A stretch of DNA of 60,754 nucleotides, filler included, from an uncultured bacterium (GTDB lineage: Bacteria > DAOPZR01), in the NCBI GenBank assembly GCA_964637655.1. It is 6 parts of 6 records of this genome, joined end to end, with 100 filler letters (N's around TTAATTAATTAA, not from the genome) between each part and the next. Parts side by side here need not be neighbours in the genome. Positions count along the whole stretch, not along the records: positions 20,393 to 30,478 come from CAZWUZ010000138.1; positions 30,579 to 40,585 come from CAZWUZ010000139.1; 4 more parts are not named here. One strand, written 5' to 3'. The stretch's first letter is position 1; each line of letters begins with the position of its first letter. This document shows, piece after piece, positions 26,496-34,936 of the stretch. The position numbers and the translations under genes were made by a program. Under the pieces are notes generated by a model, which saw only the letters and a program-made list of their open reading frames with translations, was not told the DNA's origin and did not search any database.

Positions 26496-27404
26496 ATGAC
26501 CACGCTGCCACGACTCGTTTTTTTCGGACTCCCCGGGCACGGCGCCGTCGCGCTGCAGGCGCTGCTGCAGGCGGGCATCCGCCCCGCGATCACCGTCACC
26601 GCGGACGCGGGTCCCGTGCCGCTCACCCCGGACAGTGTCAACCTCAACCGCCGCCGCGACGCGCTGCTGCGTGCCTATCCCGACCTTGGAGAACTCTGCC
26701 GGCGCGCCGGCGTCCCCTGCTATCGTGACGCGCCGGACCGTGACCTCGCCCCGCTGCTGCTGGCTGTGCGCGAGGCACAGCCCGACCTTATCCTCATCGC
26801 CACCTATTTCCGCATCCTCCCGGAAGAACTGTTTGCCCTGCCGCGCCTGGGCACCTTCAACCTTCATCCGTCGCTCCTCCCCGCCTATCGCGGCCCCCAG
26901 CCGCTCTACTGGGCGCTGCGCGGCGGGGAAACAGCAACCGGGGTGACCCTGCACCGCGTCGATGCCGGCGTCGATACCGGGCCCGTCTGCGCGCACCAGC
27001 GCGTGCCGCTGACCGCGGACGATACCTTCGCCACCGCCTGCCGCCGCCTTGACGCCCCCTTTGCCGCCCTGGCCGTCGCCACAGTCACGGATGCTGCCCT
27101 GCGCGCACAGCAGGCCGCGCAGAACGCGTCAGAGGCATCGTTCCACCCCGTACCCGATGCTGCCGCCCGCGCGCTGCAGCCCGCCACCTGGACGGTGCAG
27201 GAAACCCTGCGCGCCGTGCGCGCCGGCAATCCCGTCTTCCCCGTCTTTCTGCAGGGTGAGGATTTCACCTGCATCGTCTGGGAGGCTGAAGCCGCACCAC
27301 ACCGCGTGCAGGCAACCGTACTGACGGTTGAAAACGATACAATATACTGCCGCTGTGCTGACGGGGTCGTCCGTTTCCTCGCCTATGATCTCTGCCACCT
27401 ATAA
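26496..27404 (+). CDS. Formyltransferase (Fmt/ArnA N-terminal-like)
   Basis: NLHPSLLPAYRGP.P, TGVTLH, VDTGP; lacks the FMGTP start of canonical Fmt. Confidence 0.8.
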   Translation: MTTLPRLVFFGLPGHGAVALQALLQAGIRPAITVTADAGPVPLTPDSVNLNRRRDALLRAYPDLGELCRRAGVPCYRDAPDRDLAPLLLAVREAQPDLILIATYFRILPEELFALPRLGTFNLHPSLLPAYRGPQPLYWALRGGETATGVTLHRVDAGVDTGPVCAHQRVPLTADDTFATACRRLDAPFAALAVATVTDAALRAQQAAQNASEASFHPVPDAAARALQPATWTVQETLRAVRAGNPVFPVFLQGEDFTCIVWEAEAAPHRVQATVLTVENDTIYCRCADGVVRFLAYDLCHL

Positions 27405-27407
27405 TAC

Positions 27408-27436
27408 TTGACAATACGCCGCGAATGTGGTATATT
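27408..27436 (+). promoter_or_regulatory. Putative dnaA promoter
   Basis: TTGACA-17 bp-TATATT. Confidence 0.75.
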
Positions 27437-27479
27437 CTGCCTATATAAATGGGAGGGGGGATGGTCCCGTCTTTGTGCG

Positions 27480-27680
27480 GCAGATTGTGGATAACTTTCC
27501 GGTCTGATAACCGCAAAAAATTGTTTATCATGCCCCTATACGCCGGTAAAAGCGCGTATATCCGTTTTGCCACAGATTGTTGATAACTTTACGCATTACC
27601 CTGGCATGATTATTTATCTTATTATTTTTCAGTGCATTATATGATTGCGTTTTGTTGATGAGATTGTGGATTGATTACGG
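27480..27680. promoter_or_regulatory. DnaA-box cluster upstream of dnaA
   Basis: TGTGGATAA (27486-27494), TTTGCCACA (27566-27574), TGTTGATAA (27578-27586), TGTGGATTG (27665-27673); AT-rich tract ~27608-27655. Confidence 0.8.
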
Positions 27681-27732
27681 AACAGGAAAGGGCCGGTAGG
27701 TCGTTGCTAACTGGCATTATCGGCACTGAATT

Positions 27733-29094
27733 ATGACTGGAATGGTGTGGAAAAACATAGCGCAGGCGCTTGAACAGCAACTCGCACCTGACGAATACCG
27801 CATGTGGGTGCGCGGCCTCGATATGCCCCAATGGGACGGGTCAACGCTCACCATCTACGTGCCCAACCAGTACTACCTCGACCGGCTGAGTGAGAAGGTC
27901 TACCCGCTGCTCAAGGACCTGCTGCAGCAGCAGGCGGGTCCGGAGGCGCGCATCGAGTTCAGCATCCGCACGCGTGATTTCGTGCCGCCCCCCGTCCCGG
28001 CCGCGGAACCGGCGCGGCTGCCCGCCATCGCGGCCCCGGCAGTACCCGCCGGACAGGCGGCACTGACCGCCGGACTCAACGAGCGCTATACCTTCGAGCA
28101 TTTCGTCGTGGGCGACAGCAACCACTACGCCTACGCCGCGGCCATTGCCGTGGCGCAGAATCCCGGGGACACGCAGCACCGCTACAACCCGCTCTTCATC
28201 TACGGCGGCACGGGACTGGGCAAGACCCACCTGATGCACGCCATCGGGCATCACGTCCTGCAGCAGCGCCCGCACCTGCGCGTGGTCTACGTCAACAGCG
28301 AGCAGTTCGTCAACGACGTCATCGTCGGCATCCAGCAGAAGAAGATGGACGAGGTGCGCCTGCGCTACCGCACGGTCGACGTGCTGCTCATGGACGACGT
28401 GCAGTTCTTCTCGGGCAAGGACCAGACGCAGGAGGAGTTCTTCCACACCTTCAACACGCTGCACGCCTCGCACAAGCAGCTGGTCTTCACCGCCGACAAG
28501 CCGGTCAACGACCTCGTCGGCTTCGAGCAGCGCGTGCTCAGCCGCTTCGCCTGGGGCCTCTCCGCCGACATTCAGCCCCCCAACCTCGAGACGCGCATCG
28601 CCATCCTCAAGAAGCGCGCCGAAGAGATGCGCGCCTATGTCCCCGACGAGATCACCTACTTCATCGCGCACAATATCAAGACCCACATCCGCGACCTCGA
28701 GGGGGCGCTCAACAACGTCATCGCCCACGCCCCGTTCACCCGCCAGGACCTGACCGTGGCGCTGGTCAAGGAGCGCCTCAAGGACATGGTGGACGACACC
28801 CCGGCGCGCATCATCACCATCGCCGAGGTGCAGAAAGCCGTGGCCGACCATTTCCACCTCACCGTGGCCGACCTCAAATCGCGCAAGAAGTCCAACTCGG
28901 TCAGTTTCCCGCGCCAGGTGGGGATGTTTCTCGCCCGGCAGCTCAACGATGAGGTGTCGCTGATCGAGATCGGCAGCGAATTCGGCGGGCGTGACCATTC
29001 CACCGTGCTCTATGCCTTCAACAAAATCAGCAGTGAACTGGAGAAAGACCAGAACCTGGCGCGCATCATTGCCGCCATCAAGGAGCGTTTGTAG
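27733..29094 (+). CDS. dnaA: Chromosomal replication initiator DnaA
   Basis: YTFEHFVVG.SN, YNPLFIYGGTGLGKTHL, DDVQF, QEEFFHTFN, RDLEGAL, GGRDHSTV. Confidence 0.98.
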   Translation: MTGMVWKNIAQALEQQLAPDEYRMWVRGLDMPQWDGSTLTIYVPNQYYLDRLSEKVYPLLKDLLQQQAGPEARIEFSIRTRDFVPPPVPAAEPARLPAIAAPAVPAGQAALTAGLNERYTFEHFVVGDSNHYAYAAAIAVAQNPGDTQHRYNPLFIYGGTGLGKTHLMHAIGHHVLQQRPHLRVVYVNSEQFVNDVIVGIQQKKMDEVRLRYRTVDVLLMDDVQFFSGKDQTQEEFFHTFNTLHASHKQLVFTADKPVNDLVGFEQRVLSRFAWGLSADIQPPNLETRIAILKKRAEEMRAYVPDEITYFIAHNIKTHIRDLEGALNNVIAHAPFTRQDLTVALVKERLKDMVDDTPARIITIAEVQKAVADHFHLTVADLKSRKKSNSVSFPRQVGMFLARQLNDEVSLIEIGSEFGGRDHSTVLYAFNKISSELEKDQNLARIIAAIKERL

Positions 29095-29320
29095 GTTGTG
29101 GACAGCATGCCTGACAACCTGTGGATGGACGGGGGAAAACCGCGTTGTCCTGCCCCGGCAGTGGATGCTTTCCCCCGACTCTCCCCGCGCGCTGCACAAC
29201 CAGTCCACACTGCCGGCGCCTGCACCCGCCTGCCGGGCCGCGGGTTATGCAGTTATCCACACCGCCAACACCGTTACTACGGTAACGACGAAGTAACTTC
29301 AGAAGGAAACTTCATGGTAA
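29095..29320. promoter_or_regulatory. Probable oriC in the dnaA-dnaN intergenic region
   Basis: Degenerate boxes (TGTGGACAG, TGTGGATGG) and a perfect TTATCCACA (29253-29261), followed by a DnaA-trio-like tract TACTAC...AACGAC. Confidence 0.7.
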
Positions 29321-29336
29321 CCGGGAGGGGAACCGC

Positions 29337-30464
29337 ATGAAATTCACCGCCAAGAAGGGAATGCTGCAGGATGCCCTGCAGGTGTTCAGCGGACTGATCA
29401 ACGTCCGCAATCCGCTGCATATGCTCACCCACGTGCGCTGCGAGGTCAAAAAGAACCTGCTGCACCTGGCCGCCACCGACCTGACCATCAGCGCCACGCT
29501 CACCTTGCCGGTAACGGACGGCGAGGACGGCGGGGTGACGGTCCCGTTTGACGGACTGCTCAACGACGTGCGCGTCATCCCGCAGGCGGAGGCGGCGGTG
29601 ACGGTCAGCAGCGATGCGAAGAACCACATCGCGCTCAAGGTGGCGGGCCGGCGCAGCAGTATGCGGCTGATCGGCGGCGCCATCGATGAGTTCCCGACCC
29701 TCGAAGCGCAGGCGCCGCAGCATACCTTCACCCTGCCGGCAGACCTGCTTGGCACGCTGATCGCCAGCACGGCCTTTGCCGCCAGCGGGCAGGACGAGAC
29801 GCGCGCCTACCTCACCGGGCTCAACGTGGTGAGCAAGGACGGGCAGCTGGCAATGGTGGCGACCAACAGCCACAAACTGGCTCTGCGCCGCACCGCCTGG
29901 CCGAAGAAGGCCGACCCGGGCGCGTTCAACATCGTCGTGCCGGCCAAGGCGATGCTGCTGCTCGGGAAGAACCTGGCCGCGGACACCACCCCGGTCGAAA
30001 TCGGCATTGCCACCAACCATGCGTCGTTCCGTCACGGGGCGCTGCAGCTGACTACGCGTCTCATCGACGAGGAATACCCGGCATACGAGAAGGTGATCCC
30101 GGCCAAACCGCTGGCGCACCGCATCCTCATCGATCCGCTGGTGCTGGGCGAATCGGTGCAGCTGGTCAGTCCCGCCTGCGACGACAAGACGCGGCAGGTG
30201 CACCTTACCTTCGCGGACACGGCGCTGACCGTGTCGGCCGTGGCGGGGATCAGCGGCAAGGATAACAGCGATACCATCGAGGTGGATGCGCCCAAGGGGA
30301 CCGCGGTCGAGGTGGCGTTCAACCTCGAGTACCTGCGCGAGATCCTCGCGCGGTTCAGCGAGGGGCAGCTCGAATTCCAGATCACCGACGCGGCCCACCC
30401 GTGTGTCTTCCTCAACCCGCAGGAGAGCGGGCTGCTCTGCCTGCTGATGCCGGTCCGGAACTGA
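29337..30464 (+). CDS. dnaN: DNA polymerase III beta clamp
   Basis: ATDL, EFP, R.YLTG, ATNSHKL, RLIDEEYP.Y, FN..YL, LLMPVR; follows dnaA. Confidence 0.95.
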   Translation: MKFTAKKGMLQDALQVFSGLINVRNPLHMLTHVRCEVKKNLLHLAATDLTISATLTLPVTDGEDGGVTVPFDGLLNDVRVIPQAEAAVTVSSDAKNHIALKVAGRRSSMRLIGGAIDEFPTLEAQAPQHTFTLPADLLGTLIASTAFAASGQDETRAYLTGLNVVSKDGQLAMVATNSHKLALRRTAWPKKADPGAFNIVVPAKAMLLLGKNLAADTTPVEIGIATNHASFRHGALQLTTRLIDEEYPAYEKVIPAKPLAHRILIDPLVLGESVQLVSPACDDKTRQVHLTFADTALTVSAVAGISGKDNSDTIEVDAPKGTAVEVAFNLEYLREILARFSEGQLEFQITDAAHPCVFLNPQESGLLCLLMPVRN

Positions 30465-30478
30465 CGGGCCGGTCGTGC

Positions 30479-30578
30479 NNNNNNNNNNNNNNNNNNNNNN
30501 NNNNNNNNNNNNNNNNNNNNNNTTAATTAATTAANNNNNNNNNNNNNNNNNNNNNNNNNNNNNNNNNNNNNNNNNNNN
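30479..30578. other. Artificial contig spacer
   Basis: N-run / TTAATTAATTAA / N-run. Confidence 0.99.
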
Positions 30579-31126
30579 TCGGCAAGTTCGAGCACAAGGA
30601 AGTCGCGCTCAACTGGGTGCACGCGACCACCGCCGGCGTCACCGAGAGCGATGTCAACCTCGCGGCGGCGTCGCAGGCGCTCATCATCGCCTACCGCGTG
30701 CAGCCGACCGCGGCGGTGCGCACCCTCGCCGACAAGGCCGGGGTCGAGATCCGCACCTACGACATCATCTACCAGGTCGAGGACGACCTCAAGAAGGCGA
30801 TGGAGGGGCTGCTCTCGCCGGAGATCCGCGAGGCGGTCATCGGCACCGCCGAGGTCCGGCAGGTGTTCCGCATCGGCGGGCTGGGCAACATCGCCGGCTG
30901 CGTGGTCACCGACGGGAAAATCCGCCGCTCGTGCAAGGCGCGGCTGATTCGCGACAGCATCAAGATCTGGGAGGGGGGCATCAGTTCGCTCAAGCATTTC
31001 AAGAACGATGCCAGCGAGGTGCCCGCGGGGAGCGACTGCGGCATCGGGCTGCTGGACTACAACGATGTCAAGGAAGGCGACCGCATCGAGGCGGTCGAGG
31101 TGTCGCAGGTGGCGGTGAAACTGTAA
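30579..31126 (+). CDS. infB: Translation initiation factor IF-2, C-terminal part
   Basis: VTESDVNLA, YDIIY, G.AEVRQVF, IAGC.V.DG, SLKHFK.D..EV..G.DCGI. Confidence 0.96.
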
Positions 31127-31127
31127 C

Positions 31128-31415
31128 GTGGCGCTGCACTGGGAACTGGCGGAGATCGAACTGCGGTTTCCGGGGGTGCGCACGCTGAAGGAGAAGCGCG
31201 CGCGGCTGCGGCCGCTGGTCGACCGCCTGCGCAGCCGCTTCCCCGTTTCCGTGGCGGAGACCGGGCAGCAGGACGCGCTGCAGCGCGGGGAGATCGGCGT
31301 GGTGATGGTGGCGAGTGACCGGGCGGCGCTGGACCGGGTGTTCCGCGCCATCGGGGAAATGCTGGACGTGCAGGACGGCTGGGAAACGGTGCGGTTCGAC
31401 CGCGACGGTGAGTGA
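31128..31415 (+). CDS. DUF503 (YlxP) family protein
   Basis: TLKEKR..L, F.VSVAE...QD; conserved position between infB and rbfA. Confidence 0.88.
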   Translation: MALHWELAEIELRFPGVRTLKEKRARLRPLVDRLRSRFPVSVAETGQQDALQRGEIGVVMVASDRAALDRVFRAIGEMLDVQDGWETVRFDRDGE

Positions 31416-31422
31416 ACGAACG

Positions 31423-31818
31423 ATGACGATGCCCAAACGGATGCCGAAAGTCAACAGTCTGCTGAAGAAGACGGTCAGTGACATCCTGGTCAAGGAGGTC
31501 CATGACCCGCGGGTGGAACGTGTGGTTATCACCGAGGTCAAGACCGCACCCGACCTCGGCTCGGCCATTATCTACTACTCGCGCTTCGGCACGCCGGAGG
31601 AAATGGCGGCGGCGCAGGCGGGGCTCGATTCCGCCGCCCCCTTCATCCAGGGCCTGGCAGGGAAGCGCCTGCAGTTCCATTTCACCCCGCGCCTCAAGTT
31701 TCTCGTCGACGAGAGTATCGGGCGCGCGCAGCGCATCGAACTGCTGCTCAAGGGGCTCAACCCCGACACCGAATCAGCGCCGGCGCTGCCGGCGGCGGAC
31801 GCTGACGATGAAGCGTAG
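31423..31818 (+). CDS. rbfA: Ribosome-binding factor A
   Basis: DPRV..V.ITEV...PDL, FTPRLKF..DESI; start approximate (ATG 31423 or 31429). Confidence 0.92.
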   Translation: MTMPKRMPKVNSLLKKTVSDILVKEVHDPRVERVVITEVKTAPDLGSAIIYYSRFGTPEEMAAAQAGLDSAAPFIQGLAGKRLQFHFTPRLKFLVDESIGRAQRIELLLKGLNPDTESAPALPAADADDEA

Positions 31819-32782
31819 TCCTGCGGCGCTCCGCCGGGTGCTCGCCGCCCTCGAACGCCCGCGCCGCGTGATCATCGCCACGCACCAGCATCCTGACGGT
31901 GACTGTATCGGCGTGCAATTGGCGCTCTACCACCATCTGCGGCGGCTGGGGCGTGAGGTGCGGTTGTTCAACCAGGACCCGGTCCCGGAAACGCTGCGCT
32001 TTCTTCCCGGCTGGCGGCAGATCCGCCGCACCGTCGGGCGGTTCCGGCCCGACGCCATCATCCTGCTCGATTCCGGCTCCTGGGCGCGGCTGGGCACGTT
32101 CCCGGCCGCCTGGCAGGAACTGCCGGTCATCAGTGTCGACCATCATCCCGATAATGTCTTCCGCGGGCCGGGCTGCCTGACCGCGGGCGAGGCGTCGTCG
32201 ACGGGCGAACTGCTCTATGACCTGCTGCTGGCCGGCGGGCGGGGACTGACGCGCGACATCGCGCTCTGCCTCTACGTCGCGGTGGTGACTGATACCGGGT
32301 CGTTCAAGCAGGCGAACACGACGCCGCACGCGCTCGACGTGGCGGCGGCGCTGCTGCGCGCGGGGCGCCTGGTGGCGAGCGACATCGCCGAACTGCTCTA
32401 CAACCGCAACGAACTGCGCCAGCTGCTGCTGCTGCGCGAGATGCTCGAGACGGTGACGGTCGAGGCGGACGGGAAACTGGCGCAGGCCGTGCTCACGCGC
32501 GCGATGTTCCGCCGCGCCGGTGCGAGTGACGAGGATACTGAGGGGTTGATCAACCACCTGCGCAGCATCAACGGGGTGCGCCTGTCGGCGGTCTTCCGCG
32601 AACTGGGCGGCGGCAAGGTCAAACTGAACCTGCGCGGGCGCACCGATGTCAACGTGCTGCCGGTGGTGAAACAGTTCGGCGGCGGCGGGCATCCCAACGC
32701 CGCCGGATGCACCGTGACGATGACGCTGGCGCAGGCGCGCCGGGCCATGCTGCCGCTGCTGCGGCGCCTGGCGCGCGGGTAG
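31808..32782 (+). CDS. nrnA: DHH/DHHA1 phosphoesterase (NanoRNase)
   Basis: H.HPDGD, VDHH, TDTGSF, GGGGHPNAAG. Confidence 0.88.
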   Translation: MKRSPAALRRVLAALERPRRVIIATHQHPDGDCIGVQLALYHHLRRLGREVRLFNQDPVPETLRFLPGWRQIRRTVGRFRPDAIILLDSGSWARLGTFPAAWQELPVISVDHHPDNVFRGPGCLTAGEASSTGELLYDLLLAGGRGLTRDIALCLYVAVVTDTGSFKQANTTPHALDVAAALLRAGRLVASDIAELLYNRNELRQLLLLREMLETVTVEADGKLAQAVLTRAMFRRAGASDEDTEGLINHLRSINGVRLSAVFRELGGGKVKLNLRGRTDVNVLPVVKQFGGGGHPNAAGCTVTMTLAQARRAMLPLLRRLARG

Positions 32783-32790
32783 GCAGGACC

Positions 32791-33672
32791 ATGAGTGTGC
32801 GCGGGTTCCTCGGGGTGAACAAGCCCGCGGGGCCGTCGTCCAACGCCGTGGTGCAGCGCGTGCGCGGCCGCCTCGGGCGGCAGGTGCGGGTGGGGCTTTG
32901 CGGCACGCTGGACCCGGCGGCGGACGGGGTGCTGGTGCTCGCGGTCGGCGGCGCCACGCGGCTGGCCGGGCAGGTGATGCGCAGCGACAAGGAATACGTG
33001 GTGACGGTGCGGCTTGGCCTCGAAACCGACACCTACGATACGGCCGGCACGGTGCTGGCCGAGCGGCCGGTGCCGGCGCTCGACGCGGCGGCACTGGAAG
33101 CGGGCCTGGCGAAGTTCCGCGGGAAGATCATGCAGGCGCCCCCGCCCGTCTCCGCGCTCAAGCGCGGCGGCGAACCGCTGTACGCCAAGGTGCGACGCGG
33201 GGAGACGGTGATAACCGAGCCGCGCCCGGCGGAGTTTTTCGCCCTCGAGGTGACGGGTTTCGACGGGCGCGACCTGCAGTTGCGCATCGTCTGCGGCAGC
33301 GGCACCTACGTGCGTTCGCTGGCCCATGACCTCGGCGTGCTGTGGGGGTGCGGCGGCACGGTGGCCGCGCTGACGCGTACGCGGGTGGGGACCTTCACCC
33401 TGGCGGATGCGGTGCCGCTGGCGGAACTGGAAACAGGTGACGTGGCCGCGCGGCTCATCGACGCGGCGCAGGTGCTGGGCGACCTGCCGGCGGCGGAACT
33501 GACCGCGGCGCAGGCGCTGCAGGTGCTGCACGGGATGCCGGTGACACTGCCGGCGCCGGCGGGCGGGCCGCAGGTGCGGCTGCTCTATCGCGGTCGGCTG
33601 GCGGCTTTGGCGGCGGCGACGGGAAAACTGGCGCAGCCGAAGACGGTGCTGCTCGCGGCTGACGACCTGTAG
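32791..33672 (+). CDS. truB: tRNA pseudouridine-55 synthase
   Basis: NKPAG.SS, GTLDPAADGVL, KEY, TDTYD..G, PP..SALK..G..LY, GTYVRSLA.DLG. Confidence 0.95.
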   Translation: MSVRGFLGVNKPAGPSSNAVVQRVRGRLGRQVRVGLCGTLDPAADGVLVLAVGGATRLAGQVMRSDKEYVVTVRLGLETDTYDTAGTVLAERPVPALDAAALEAGLAKFRGKIMQAPPPVSALKRGGEPLYAKVRRGETVITEPRPAEFFALEVTGFDGRDLQLRIVCGSGTYVRSLAHDLGVLWGCGGTVAALTRTRVGTFTLADAVPLAELETGDVAARLIDAAQVLGDLPAAELTAAQALQVLHGMPVTLPAPAGGPQVRLLYRGRLAALAAATGKLAQPKTVLLAADDL

Positions 33673-33685
33673 GCAGGGCGGACGG

Positions 33686-34561
33686 GTGGCGCGCGCGCTG
33701 GCGCTGGGCAGTTTCGACGGGGTGCATCGCGGGCATCAGGCGCTGCTGGCGGCCACGGTCGCGGCGGCGCAGCGCGCCGGTCAGCAGCCGGCCGCAGTGG
33801 TGATCGAGCCGGTGCCGGTGGCGACGCGGTTGCTGAGCGCGGCGCGGCAGGAAGCGCGGCTGCGCGCGGCGGGCATGACGGAGAGTATCCGCGTGGCGCT
33901 GGACGCGGAACTGCGCTGCCTGCGCCCGGAGGCGTTTGTCGCGCTGCTGCGCGAACGCTGGCAGGCGGCAGCCGTGCTGGCCGGGGAGAATTTCCGCTTC
34001 GGCTGCGGGGCGGCGGGCGACGCCACGGCGCTGCGCGCATTGGGGGCGGCGCAGGGGTTGACGGTCACGGTCGTGCCGCTGCTGCACGCGGATGGCGTGG
34101 TGGTATCGAGCACGCGCATCCGCACGCTGGTGCAGGCGGGCGACCTCGACGCGGCGGCCGCGCTGCTTGGCGCGCCGGTGGAACTGACCGGCACGGTGCA
34201 GCGGGGCGCGGGGCGGGGACGCGAACTGGGGTTTCCCACCGCCAACCTCGCCTGTCCGCAGGCGGTGCTCCCCCCCTACGGGGTGTACGCGGTGCGGGCG
34301 GCGGCGGCTGACGGGTGGCATGACGGGCTGCTGCACTACGGGGTGCGGCCGACGTTCGCGGAGGATACGCGCGGCCCGCTGGTGGAAGTGCACCTGCTCG
34401 ACTGGCAGGGTGAGCTGTACGGACGGGAACTGACAGTGCAGCTGCGCGCGCGCGTGCGCGGGGAGCGGCGCTGTGACAATAGAGAGGCACTCACCGCGCT
34501 GATGCGCTCAGACGAGCGGCAGGCGCGGGAGGCACTGACCGTGCACGCGGTCGGGCGCTGA
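33686..34561 (+). CDS. ribF: Riboflavin kinase/FAD synthetase
   Basis: GSFDGVHRGHQ, GENFRFG, SSTRIR, GRELGFPTANL, GVY, EVHLLD..G.LYG. Confidence 0.95.
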   Translation: MARALALGSFDGVHRGHQALLAATVAAAQRAGQQPAAVVIEPVPVATRLLSAARQEARLRAAGMTESIRVALDAELRCLRPEAFVALLRERWQAAAVLAGENFRFGCGAAGDATALRALGAAQGLTVTVVPLLHADGVVVSSTRIRTLVQAGDLDAAAALLGAPVELTGTVQRGAGRGRELGFPTANLACPQAVLPPYGVYAVRAAAADGWHDGLLHYGVRPTFAEDTRGPLVEVHLLDWQGELYGRELTVQLRARVRGERRCDNREALTALMRSDERQAREALTVHAVGR

Positions 34562-34627
34562 CTCCGGCGCACGACGGGGTGGACGGGCGGCCAGATCGGC
34601 CGTGGGCAGGACAAGGAGACAAACGTT

Positions 34628-34900
34628 ATGACAGCAGAGGCAACGAAGGGGAAGGGCGGCATCATCGAGCAGTTCCGGGTGCACGAGACGGACACGGGGT
34701 CGGCGCAGGTGCAGGTCGCGCTGCTGACCGACCGCATCAACCAGCTGACCGAGCACCTCAAGAAGCACGCCAAGGATCATCACTCGCGCTACGGGCTGCT
34801 CAAGATGGTGGAGCGGCGCCGCAAGCTGCTCACCTACCTGCGTGAGAACAATACGGGCGAGTACCAGAAACTGATCAAGTCGCTGCGGCTGCGCAAGTAA
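34628..34900 (+). CDS. rpsO: 30S ribosomal protein S15
   Basis: DTGS..VQVALLT.RI..L..HL..H.KDHHSR.GL. Confidence 0.98.
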   Translation: MTAEATKGKGGIIEQFRVHETDTGSAQVQVALLTDRINQLTEHLKKHAKDHHSRYGLLKMVERRRKLLTYLRENNTGEYQKLIKSLRLRK

Positions 34901-34920
34901 ACGAACGAACGAACGAACGA
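34901..34920 (+). repeat. (ACGA)5 tandem repeat between rpsO and pnp
   Basis: ACGAACGAACGAACGAACGA directly after the rpsO stop codon. Confidence 0.9.
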
Positions 34921-34936
34921 TAGAGGAGATTGGATT

